Both the position numbers and the translations under genes were made by a program. Under the pieces are notes generated by a model. The model worked only from the letters and a program-made list of their open reading frames with translations. It had not been told where the DNA came from and searched no databases. From positions 73,284,001 to 73,348,000 of the forward strand of contig OX597819.1 in NCBI GenBank assembly GCA_951406725.2: DNA of 64,000 nt, written 5' to 3'. Below are positions 51,591 through 62,036 of the stretch, piece by piece (positions within the stretch are counted from its first letter, which is position 1; every line of letters starts with the position of its first letter). Source of the DNA: Octopus vulgaris (taxonomy: Eukaryota).

Positions 51591-54500
51591 ACCATAAGGT
51601 CTGCAAATCTAACAGAGGCTTCAAAAGATGTTTTAAAGTCCACGAAGATCAGAGCTTAACTGCAGCTCTTGGTGGTCCAAATCAAATATGCAATCGATGT
51701 GCCTTTTCAATACATTATCTGGTTTAAAAAGCCACATCAGACACCATATATATATATATATATATCGCCATGATAAATCATAAGCCACTACACATTTTTT
51801 TCTCTCCTTGTTTTTCCTATGTCCTTTTCTGTAGAAGAGCGTAGGCTCGAATTGTAAAAGACTTTTTCTATTCCTGAGCATTATACTAATACATCTGTTT
51901 GTTTTGTACACCAGCTGCCTTCGTCTTTTGTTTTTTTCATAAACTCTCCCTATATATATCATCATTGTTTAATATCCACTTTCATTGCTGGCATGGGTTG
52001 GATGGTTTGACTAAGGACTGGCGAACCAGATGGCTGCACCAGGCTCCAATCTGATCTGGCAGAGTTTCTACAGCTGGATGCCCTTTCTAATACCAACCAC
52101 TCCGAGAGTGTAGTGGGTGCTTTTTACGTGCCACCAGCACGGATGTCAGTCAGGTAGCACTGCTATTGGCCTGGGAAGTGACTATGGTACTAGGTTGAGC
52201 CCCACTGCAGAGCATGTTAGGTAAGCATCTTCTATTACAGCCCTGGGCCAACCAAAGCCTTGTTTGTGGATTTGGTAGATGGAAACTGAAACAAACCTCA
52301 TCATATGTGATGGGCTTCCACACAGTTTCTCATCATCATCATTATTTGACATGTTCTCCATGGGCTGACAGGGGTTGGACAATTTGACAGGAGCTGGCAA
52401 ACCAGAGAGCTGTCTTGGGTTCGAATTGTGTTTTGGTATAGTTTCTATGGTTAGATGCTCTTCTGAACACCCACCAATTGGTACTTCATATGCGGAACCA
52501 GCACAGACATTAGCTGACCCAGAGCTATAGTGAGACTGAACTCAAGACCATATGGTTGGGAAGGGACCTTCTTAACCACACGGCCATGCCTGTCCTCATC
52601 ATATATCACAGATGCTTACAAGAGACCTACACCTGACAGGTTTCTCTTGGAAGAAAGGAAGACAGAGGTGACACTTACCAAGTAATTGATGATGTAATAT
52701 TTGTCGTAGAGTGTGTTGTTGGATTTGATCCTTTTGTGTTGCTTCTTCCGCATGTGTTCCTTCAGGGTTGGGCGATCACGGAATGTCTTTTCACAATAGA
52801 GACACTGCAGACTATTTTGTGGGAGAAGTTTAGCAGAATTAGTGGTGGGGTGAATATGGTGAGAACAACAGATGGTGGTGATGATGATGGTGGCGATAGC
52901 GATGATGATGATGGCGGGGATGATGATGATAGCAGTGATGGTGGTGATGGCGGTGATGATGATGATGGCAGTGATGGTGGTGATGGCGGTGATGATGACG
53001 ATGATGACAGCAGTAGAATTAATGATGTCGATAACAAGGATGTTTTGATGCAAGAACAACACAACAGAGCAGGGAGTGGTATTACAATGCTCTCTCTATA
53101 TATAATAATAATAATAACAACAACAATGCTACACACTATCTGACAAATGGCCCCACTAGGAACAGCTCACATCCCATGCAAGACACTATCAATCCAATAA
53201 TACAACCCAAACAAAATCCACAAATATAGGACACACTCTATATGATAAATATCCAATAAAATAAACAACCATCAGTAGGTCAGATACCCAACAGAGGAAC
53301 ACAACTCACATTATACACACAACACACAATATATACGCTAATACAACAAAAGACTGCAATGAGACCCTGTAGCAAGACAAAGTGATGCAATACGATACCA
53401 GGAGTTGTCACTTGCCCAACCACAAAAAACACACACACACACACATGCACAATGCTGCACAAACCCCAGCAACATGGAGGTGTAGCAGGTGAGACAGTAG
53501 AAATCTGCTGAAACTACCAAATGTTGATTAATAATAATAATAATAATAATAATAGCTGATTTCCCCTCTCACACTTTACATTGTATAGAGAGAGGAGAGA
53601 GAGAGAGAGTTAAGTGGAGATACAGAGAGGGTTAGTGCAAGTGATGCAGGATGAATGTAAACACTAGGCTTGGTGACAGGCAATGAGTAAAGGAACAACT
53701 ACACACACGTAGTGTGAGAGAATGACAGAAACAAGGAGGGATTAAATGACAGAATATTTATGGAAGGAGTTATATAAATGAGAATTTTGTTCTATTTAAA
53801 TACATTTCAGGGTAATAAAAATTTTTTTTTTGAAAATTAGTCTTCATTTCATCATGAACTTTGAACTTTGGGCCTCATGGAGGCAATGGCCAGTGACCGA
53901 GGCCTTTAGCAAATGCCATACTTGAGAAGACCCGTCAAGCTAAGTGAACTCATAGTCGTAGCTGATGCTGGTGGCACATGCCTGTGGCATGTAAAAAGCA
54001 CCTTTCGAACGCTGGGCCTCACAGGCATTGTCGTATTGGAACACGTGATTCCGATGATGGGCAAAGTATGACACAGTGTGAGGCCTCAACACTTGGTTGA
54101 TGTAGTGAGCAGCAGTTACCCCACTGCCCCAGCCTTGGCTGACGTTTCGGAAGACCACCAGTCCAAGTTTCTGGTTGAGTGTAATCCCACCCCATACCAT
54201 GATGCTCTATCCTTCTCATGAGTCTCTCTCCACCACACAACCATTGGCATGACGTTCAACCCTTCTTCTCCAAACCCAAGCTCTGCCAATTGCCACAGAA
54301 ATGTAATATTGACTTTTGTCAGAGATGTCTACAGTCTTCCACTGCTGATATTGCCAGTTCTGACATTTTTAAGCCCACTGCAAACATACCCGTTGATGAC
54401 AATCTGTGAGGATGGGGCCCCTAACCAGAAGTCAACATGACAGATTGAAAGATCTCAGCCAACAGAAAAACTGTCTCTGCACAAATGGGTCTACGGTGAG

Positions 54501-56798
54501 TCCCTATGGTCTGCCTAGCTGATTTTGTTGACCTCTGGAATCAGTCTTGCAAGTGCTGTCAGTGCAGGTGGTGATCCTGACATGCTATTGTAACCCTCGG
54601 TCAGCCACTGCATGGACAATCATCCATGCAGTTTGTAGCATTGTATCATTCCCTCATCCGCTCAACTGTCTGAATACTACAGCTCAAGTCATTAGTAATA
54701 ACCCATGAACGTTGACCAGCATGGAGACATCCAATGACTTGCTCCCTCTGATTTCGTGTCAGTCTTGGCATACTTGCTGCATTCAAGAAATGAATGACAA
54801 GGCTAGTAAATTTGGGTGCCTTTTATACCCAACGAGTCAAAGTTTTGCACGTGCATCATGCTTTTCATAAAGATGCATTCGCAAACATTACCAGGTTCAA
54901 CAAAAGTGAGCAAGTTCACACCCTACATGCAATCCTTGTGCTTTCAAACGAGAGTGGTGTTGTAGGTCAGTGACATCTTCCTGATGTCAAATTACCTAGA
55001 AATGTGATAAAATCTATATGATCTCAATATCATGTGTGAAACAAATAATCTTTTACAGTATGAGGTTTCTTTTGTAATTCAGTAAATATATACACACACA
55101 CACATACATAATATATCATCATCATTTAACATCCGCCTTTCATGTTGGCAGGATATATATGTGTGTGTGCGTGTGTATATATATATATATATGTATGTAT
55201 GTATGTATATGTATATATAAATGAGTGATAGGTTTTTCCAGTTTCTGTCAGCCAAAGCCACTTACTGGGCTTTGGTTGGTCTGGAGCTATAATAAAAGAC
55301 ACTGGTCACAGGTGCCACACAATGAGATTAAATCAAAGATCACATTGTTAGAAAGCAAGTTTCTTAACCACACCCATTTCGTGTTACTACTGAGGGAAAG
55401 TTTTGTTGATGTAGATAGAATGGTGTATGAGGCTTTTGTTGTTAAGCTCTAATGTATTCTGTGTAATAGGTTTGTCTTTCATGTGTGAGTTGAGTGTCGT
55501 GGTTGGAAATTTTGGCAAGTGTGCACAGGGGATGAGGGGTGGTTCGCAATGATGCTACTTCACTTGGGAATTTTTAAAACAGGATGTTAAAAATATGTAC
55601 ATATGCAAATTCATGCGTGTGTGTGTATTTATATATACACACACACACACACTCGAGGGAGTGCAAAAGTAGGTATATAGTAAGTATCACAATAGTGTTA
55701 TAATACTTAATTCATTAAGATTATTAGCACATTAAATTAGCCTCATTTTTGATATTTTGAGTGTCATTAATCATAATTATACATTTATTATAATTATAAT
55801 AATACTTTTATTGTAACATTTAATTTTTTTGATAAAAATAAACGAGGAGATGCACAAAGCCAGATTTCATGGGAGGGCTGCAATCAGAAAACCACTACTC
55901 TCAAAAACAAATGTTGCAAAGCGTTTAGAGTGGAGTAAAAACCTACAGAATTGGTCCCTAGAGCAGTGGAAGAATGTTATTTTCTCAGACGAGTCATCCT
56001 TTACCCTATTTCCAACCACCAGCCGAGTATACATGTGGAGACTGCCAAAAGAAGCATTTGACCCAGACTGTCTTCTTCCAATTGTTAAACACGGAGGAGG
56101 ATCTGTGATGATCAGGAAGGGGGGGGGGCTTATCTTGGAAATCCGCCAGCTCAATGGTTTCCCCTTCATGGCAGAATTAACAGTCAAGACTATTTAAGCA
56201 TTTTATCTGATCAAATTCATCCTATTGTTGCAGAACTGTTTCTGGAGGGAAACACAATCTTTCAGGATGATAATGCACCAATTCAAACAGCTAAAGTTGT
56301 TACTGAATGGCACAAGGAACATTCTAGTGAAGTTGAACATCTTATCTGTCCACCACAGTCCCCAGATCTCAATATTATTGAACACTTATGGTGCATTTTG
56401 GAAAAACATGTAAGGAGTTGATATCCCCCACCATCATCACTGCAAGAACAGGAGACTGTTTTAGCTGAAGAATGGGCAAAGGAAACAATTCAAACTTTGC
56501 ACGAGTCTATACCTCATAGAATTCAAGCTGTAATTACTGCCAAAGGTGTTCTTACCCCATATTAAAATAAATTTGGTTGAAAGGTGTTTCCATTATTTTG
56601 TCCAACCCCTGTATATAAAATACATTTTAATTGAAATACAGTTTTCCCAAAATTAAACCTCTAATATAAGAAATGCAAAAATTCATTTCTGTGTGTCAAA
56701 CCTTGACCTCCTCTCTCACTATTCAATGATACTTCCTCGTGCTGAGGTGAGAGTAATACTAGGCATAGAGACGGTAAGGATGGTGGCAAAGACAGACT

Positions 56799-56834
<36 letters not shown>

Positions 56835-59166
56835 AAAAGAGAGGGAGAGAAATTTAGGGAGAGTTGATGTTTTATTAAAAGTAGTAGTGTTGATGGTGGC
56901 AGTGGGTGTAATAATAAGAGAGAGAGAGTGGCTATGTGAGAGAAAGAGGGAGTTGATGTACAACTGTCCTGGACAGAAATACCTGTGGTCAGCATACTGA
57001 ACCAACTACTGAACATTATCATTTTTGCTTTCTTTAATACACACACACACACGCAGCTGTGATACCAGTGCCGGTGGTACATAAGAAAACCATCCGAACG
57101 TGGCCGTTGCCAGTGCCGCCCCGACTGGCCTCGTGCCGGTGGCATGTAAAAAGCAACATCCGATCGTGGCCGTTTCCAGCCTCGCCTGGCCCCTGTGCAG
57201 GTGGCTTGTAAAAAGCACCATCCGATCATAGCCGTTTGCCAGCCTTGTCTGGCACCTGTGCCGGTGGCACGTAAAAGCACCCACTACACTTACGGAGTGG
57301 TTGGCATTAGGAAGGGTACTCAGCCGTAGAAACATTGCCAGATCAGACTGGGCCTGGTGCAGCCTTCTGGCTTCCCAGACCCCAGTTGAACCGTCCAACC
57401 CTTGCTAGCATGGAAAGCGGACGCTAAACGATGATGATGATATATATATATATATATATACACATACATATATACATATAAAATACACTTTAATTGAAGT
57501 ACAGTTTCCCCAAAATTAAACCTATCTAATATAATAAATGTGAACATCAGTATGTCACGCTTTTTTTCAACTTTACTACTAGAGGCCGTAGCCCAACAAC
57601 ATATCATACCATTTCAAAATGAATAAATTAAAACATTCCAGGCCAAATCCGGACCTGCAATCCTGGAATTTTGGATTCCTATGTTTTCATTACTGTGATT
57701 GTTTTGGCGATTTTTTTTTTTCACATGACTTTCAGTGACGAATATGATCATCATTGGGATATGACTCTGGAGGAAGCAATTGCAACAAATTCTCCAAAAC
57801 AAGTCAGGGATCTGTTTGCAGATCTTCCCATTCAGGATCAGTTGCTTAAAAGCTATATACTAGCTTAAAAGGCGCCCTGTCAGGCAGCTTATATATATAT
57901 ATATATATATAAATAAAATATATACAAACAATATTACATATGTACATATATACACAAGGGCACTGCATGAGCACCTACATCGCTAAAAAATAGAAGTCAA
58001 AAATATTTCTGTACCACTGAACAGTTACAAATCTAGTATAGATATGTAGTGACGCTATATAGCGGCGCGCTCGCGCACCGTCCATTTGTATTTCGCGCGT
58101 GTTGGTGCCTTTACCAAGGCAGAGAGAGGAAGGGCCCTCTCGCGCATGCGCGAACCACCGGAAGCACGACCCTGGCCAAGGCAGGGGGATCGTAGAACGT
58201 TTGACCGCTGGCAGCAGCAGCGGCGACTTGGGACAGCAGCGATTGAAGGAGGCGGTCACGCATGTTTTCTCTCCGTTCGAACTTGCTTCTAGCAGTCCTT
58301 ACCAAAAGGCCTTTAACCAAATTGTTGCAGACCAACATCGTCTCCATTGTTCGACGCCATCTTGAACCCGTTCTGGTTTGAGCGGCTGAATATTGTAAAT
58401 ATTACAATCGATTAACTTTCAGCCTTGCGCGCCCAGAACCAAGGACATCAGATAATACACTTATTGTTATTGTTACCAAGAAAGAGAATAAAGTAGTATA
58501 TATATATTTTACGTCTGCGTCTTGTTGTTTCTGACAGGCAGAGATTCTGGATTATTAAAGCAACGGCTAGTGAGTGATAGCTTTCTTGTACCCCGAAAGT
58601 ACAAGACAAGATATTCACTCACATTAAGTTCGTTACAGATATGATAGGATAAAATTTCATGTCTGTAATAGATTTGTGACTATTCGGTGGTACAGAAATA
58701 TTTTTCAACTTCTATTTTTTAGCGATGTAGTTACTCATGTAGTACTCTTGTGTATATATACATATCTAATATTGTATGTATCTATTTTATTAATTTGCCT
58801 GTACGGCTGATAATTCACGTGCCACTCGTGACGGTATTTCAATAATACTATCCCTATAATCCCTATATATATATATATATATATCTGTATATATATAAGG
58901 CAGGATGTGTGTGTGCGTACGTGATTGTAGTTTATGCACATCCACAAATTAGCATGCATGTCGCTCAAATTGTAGGAGGACATTCGTCACAAACCTAGCT
59001 GTATTTTCGTCAAATTATTTTTCCTCGAGGCACCCGCGAATAGCAGTAAATAATTTTGAGCCATAACTTCTAAATTTTTATGGCGGCAAAACCTACCATT
59101 GTTTACAAATCAAACATGAGTTAAGTCCCTCCTAGCGACGGTGTAAAGAGAGGGAGGGAGGGAGAG

Positions 59167-59226
<60 letters not shown>

Positions 59227-60762
59227 TAAATTTCGTCTTTTTACTGGCAATAACAGAGAGACAGGTGTTGTTATGTATGTATGTATGTATGTGTGAATGG
59301 ATTCAGTCACACATACAAAATCGAAAAATCAAAATCGAAATCGAAGTCAAAATCGAATTGAACCAGCCAGGATCCCTGGTCTGGTGGTACGTAAAAAGCA
59401 CTATCCGACTCATGGCCGATGCCAGCGCCGCCTCCACTGGCTTCCGTGACGGTGGCACGTAAAATACACCAATCTGACTGTACAACAGGCACCCATGCCA
59501 ACCCCCTTGCTTGCGAAGACATGTTAGGGTAAGCGAAATCGAAATCGAATTGAACCAGCCAGGATCCCTGGTCTGGTGGTACGTAAAAAGCACCATCCGA
59601 CTCGTGGCTGATGCCAGCACCGCCTCGTCTGGCTTCCATGCCGGTGGCACATAAAATACACCAATCCGACCATGGCCGTTGCCAGCCTCGCCTGGCACCT
59701 GTGCAGGTGGCACGTAAAAAGCACCCACTACACTCACGGAGTGGTTGGCGTTAGGAAGGGCATCCAGCTGTAGAAACACTGCCAGATAAGACTGGAGCCT
59801 GGTGCAGCCTTCTGGCTTCCCAGATCCCCGGTCGAACCGTCCAACCCATGCTAGCATGGAGAACGGACGTTAAACGATGATGATGATGATGATGATACAC
59901 ACGAGCTTGTATGAGTACAAAACACTTGTGTGCAATGTATGTGTGTGTATTGCCCGTATATATATATATACGAGCAACATAAACGATATTCTTCGTTTCT
60001 CCACAACTAATTTCCAAATTAGCTGAATCCGTTGCTCTACTCACAGCGATATATAGCTGGTCGTGCGTGAACATGGGAGAGAGCAGAGGTTACCAGAGCA
60101 AAAGACTTACGTGTTGACTGTAGACACGCTCCTTCGCAAACAATGTTTTGAAACTGTTCATGTTTTTGAAAGGAGAGATATGACTTTCATATCTCTATGG
60201 GAGAAGGTAGGCTTCTCTATTCCTGTTACAAAACTTACTTCCGGGTGCCAAATTTGCTTCAATTGATGGTATTACTCGGGTAGGAGGTGGTGGTAGGACA
60301 GTGGAAGGGGCAAAAGTGTGCAAAAACATGTATGCAATAGGTGTATGTACGTATATGCTTGTGTGTGTGTGTGTGTGTTGCCCATATATATAAACTTAGT
60401 TGTGATCTGAACATAACCGCTTCTCACACAGAGGATCGGGGGCCCTTTTGGGCGTTTTATTTTCTTTGCTGGAAGGGTTCTCAACCGATGGGCAAAGTGG
60501 GGTTACATGAAAAATAAAACAAAACAAAAAACAATTGATGAGTGGAAAAAAAAAAATCGATAAACTGATTCCTTATGGGATTTCCAATCAAATTGTCTGC
60601 AAAATCGCAGCCAAAAGTTTACCAATTTCAACGGGTTTCACTCAAATTTGACGTCGATGTTACTTAGTTTGCTTTGAAATAAAGAGCTTGATTAGCTTAA
60701 TAATCTAACTTAATCCCGAGCAAAGCCAGGCTATACTGCTAGTATATATATATATGTGTGTA

Positions 60763-60802
<40 letters not shown>

Positions 60803-61698
60803 CCAGAGTAAGCACATAAATACAAAACAAGGTGGAAAATTAGTACTCGAATACCAGAGGTAGAGTAAGGAGCTTTATTAAAAAGCAGCAGATGTATCAT
60901 AAAAACTATTACAAAAAATGTGTATCTATCAAAGTAATTGTATACATATAACCTTATTTTTGTTCCATTCTAAATCAAAACTGTCCGACGAACGGGAATG
61001 GATATTTTTGCTGCTTTTTAATAAATGTAGTGAGTACATGCAGAGGTAAAGATGTGTGTGTGTGCATGGTATCATCATCATCATCGTTTAATGTCCGTTT
61101 TCCACGCTAGCACGGGTTGGATGGTTCGACCGGGGTCTGGGAAGCCAGGGGCTGCACCAGGCTCCAGTCTGATCTGGCAGTGTTTCTACAGCTGGATGCC
61201 CTTCCTAACGCCAACCACTCCGCGAGTGTAGTGGGTGCTTTTTACGTGCCACCTGCACAGGTGCCAGGGGAGTCTGGCATCGGCCACAATCGGTTGGTGC
61301 TTTTAACGTGCCACCGACACGGAAGCCAGCCAAGGCGGGGCTGGCATTGGCCACATTCGGATGGTGCTTTTTATGTGCCACCGGCACAGAAGCCAGTCGA
61401 AGCGGCGCTGGCATCGGCCACATTCGGATGGTGCTTTTTATGTGCCACCGGCACAGGTATCACAACTACTATTTCCATTGTGTTTATATATATATATACA
61501 TACACACACACATATATATCTACAGGCATACATATACATAAATGGATACATACACGCACACATACACACATATCTGAAGTGGGGACAGTTTATAAGCCAG
61601 ACGTCTCTTTTTTCTCTTTTTGTGACCTTTGAATAAAATGATTGTCACTTACTTGTCTAACTTTTGTTGTAATTTGTTTAAAAACTCTGAGACGAATA
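37847..61698 (-). CDS. ZNF277: Zinc finger protein 277, spliced gene, 5'-partial: complement(join(37847-38009,40230-40354,42156-42248,44823-44922,50232-50299,52679-52811,61653-61698))
   Basis: Seven AG/GT-bounded minus-strand exons join in phase (about 242 aa): EFLNKLQQKLDNLQCLYCEKTFRDRPTLKEHMRKKQH...YDKYYIINYLEIGKNWE...AVCLFC...DFYQQVKLINYIRRQ...YYFPTYENDNLLC, the ZNF277 family signature. Confidence 0.95.
38090..38286. mobile_element. piggyBac-type MITE in the last ZNF277 intron
   Basis: TTAA flanks; same body as 7118-7339. Confidence 0.8.
39080..39380 (+). mobile_element. tRNA-headed SINE (TGTCCTTGAGCAAGACAC core)
   Basis: A-box TGGCCAAGTGG, B-box GAGTTCAATTCC; related copies near 6735-6880, 17418-17600 and 20768-21090. 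Confidence 0.7.
39894..40080. mobile_element. Second TTAA-flanked MITE family (CCCTTTAGCATT termini)
   Basis: TTAA-CCCTTTAGCATTC start, ATGGG-TTAA end; related copies near 2870-3090, 23262-23470 and a split copy at 33524-34580. Confidence 0.65.
40230..40354 (-). CDS. ZNF277: ZNF277 exon, C2H2-like finger (125 nt)
   Basis: ttgccag acceptor, gtgagt donor; VHLLKCISCDKQFESKDVLMLHLHSSGHSQQIPKSNMWMQP. Confidence 0.92.
41949..42073. mobile_element. hAT-type MITE, short copy of the 14806 family
   Basis: CAGGGCTGTGGAGT and ACTCCACAACCCTG termini; 8-bp TSD CTCATAAT/CTCATAAC. Confidence 0.8.
42156..42248 (-). CDS. ZNF277: ZNF277 exon (93 nt)
   Basis: tcttgtag acceptor, gtaagc donor; DSHGLDLNLLKKEHNLDFYQQVKLINYIRRQ. 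Confidence 0.93.
43161..43498. mobile_element. Long-TIR MITE/foldback element
   Basis: Imperfect inverted arms of about 125 bp (TTATCT...CCATCTGCTA and TAGCAGATGG...AGATAA); extra left-arm copy at about 42824-42938. Confidence 0.65.
44823..44922 (-). CDS. ZNF277: ZNF277 exon (100 nt)
   Basis: attctag acceptor, gtaagt donor; NWDGWHDESGSTAVCLFCDFSSADADILLQHMK. Confidence 0.92.
48426..48812 (-). mobile_element. Composite retroelement: tRNA-like head, (AAT)n and Penelope-like tail with an inverted tail copy
   Basis: Inverted arms 48452-48545 and 48719-48812; minus-strand A-box TGGCATAGTGG and B-box-like GTTTGATTCC at 48645-48713; CTGATGA/GGCTG..CAGCC core. Confidence 0.6.
48970..49376 (+). mobile_element. 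tRNA-derived SINE, well-preserved copy
   Basis: Same organisation as 31483-31917. Confidence 0.85.
50232..50299 (-). CDS. ZNF277: ZNF277 exon (68 nt)
   Basis: ttgtatag acceptor, gtaagt donor; EIGKNWENFESSEEFSTDFDCE. Confidence 0.9.
52679..52811 (-). CDS. ZNF277: ZNF277 exon, C2H2 finger (133 nt)
   Basis: aaatag acceptor, gtaagt donor; LQCLYCEKTFRDRPTLKEHMRKKQHKRIKSNNTLYDKYYIINYL. Confidence 0.94.
52870..53010. repeat. Compound (GAT/GGT/GGC)n trinucleotide repeat
   Basis: Direct reading; begins about 60 nt upstream (in transcript sense) of the ZNF277 acceptor at 52812. Confidence 0.9.
54020..55075 (-). mobile_element. Tc1-like transposon relic, 3'-truncated
   Basis: ATG at 54771 (MPRLTRNQREQVIGCLHAG, HTH region); MVWGGI...YINQVLRPH...VFQYDNA catalytic region; frameshifted. 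Confidence 0.85.
55843..56611 (+). mobile_element. Tc1 (DD34E) transposon relic, 5'-truncated
   Basis: RKPLLS...WKNVIFSDES...VKHGGGSVM and FQDDNAP...PPQSPDLNIIEHLW across frameshifts; ends TTTTGTCCAACCCCTG-TA. Confidence 0.9.
57737..57820 (+). mobile_element. Helitron RepHel coding remnant
   Basis: DEYDHHWDMTLEEAIATNSPKQVRDLFA resembles the conserved segment between the Rep and helicase domains; Helitron-like 5' end TCTAATATAATAAATG at 57525. Confidence 0.65.
57953..58752. mobile_element. 800-bp non-autonomous DNA transposon with about 85-bp TIRs, inserted in TA repeats
   Basis: Left end CACAAGGGCACTGCATGAGCACCTACATCGCTAAAAAATAGAAGT... matches the reverse complement of the right end, CACAAGAGTACTACATGAGTAACTACATCGCTAAAAAATAGAAGT...; TA on both sides. 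Confidence 0.85.
59330..59895 (+). mobile_element. RTE-associated SINE-like element with 5' tandem subrepeats and (GAT)n tail
   Basis: GGTTGGCGTTAGGAAGGGCATCCAGCTGTAGAAA core, CCAACCCATGCTAGCATGG, (GAT)n tail; many copies, e.g. about 3246-3440, 5640-6040, 13300-13880, 15120-15283, 21460-21675, 49520-49790, 57060-57440, 61070-61470(-) and 63375-63820(-). Confidence 0.85.
59979..60074 (-). mobile_element. Helitron PIF1-helicase C-terminal remnant
   Basis: FTHDQLYIAVSRAT...TKNIVY corresponds to the FSHGQLYVALSRV...TKNIVY terminal motif. Confidence 0.75.
60381..60742 (+). mobile_element. Short non-autonomous Helitron
   Basis: 3' end CCCGAGCAAAGCCAGGCTATACTG-CTAG followed by T; 5' end approximate. 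Confidence 0.55.
61653..61698 (-). CDS. ZNF277: ZNF277 exon (46 nt)
   Basis: Minus strand tctttgcag acceptor, gtaagt donor; FVSEFLNKLQQKLD(N); phase 1 to 2. Confidence 0.88.
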
Positions 61699-61975
61699 CT
61701 GCAAAGACAAGGAATTCAACCAAATATTAAATATATGCCAGCAATGAAAGACTTTCAGAAATCTTCTCTCTTTATTTGGTTCAATTATTAGACTGTGGCC
61801 ATGCTGGGGCACCACCTTGAAGATTTTAGTTGAATGAATTAATCCCAATACTTATTTTGCTTTTAGACCTGGTACTGAATCTATTAGTCTCTTTTGCTGA
61901 ACAGCTAAGCTATGAGGAGATAAACAAACCAACACTGGTTGTCAAGTAGTGGGGCAAACACAGACATATGCACAC

Positions 61976-62026
<51 letters not shown>

Positions 62027-62036
62027 CACACACACA

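Noticed and set aside
52736-53143. Asp/Gly-rich, Ser/Pro-rich and Ile-rich ORFs
   Set aside because: These are translations of the trinucleotide repeat; only 52679-52811 on the minus strand is a real exon.
58111-58360. ZNF277 first exon or promoter at the CpG-rich patch
   Set aside because: A true ZNF277 exon lies further upstream (61653-61698), the patch is inside a TIR element, the AAGATGGCG frame stops after 15 codons, and the donor phase from the second ATG does not fit the next exon.
59303-59857. 184-aa ORF and similar MLAWVG.../MPFLTPT... ORFs across the window
   Set aside because: They recur wherever the (GAT)-tailed SINE occurs and show no protein-family motif.
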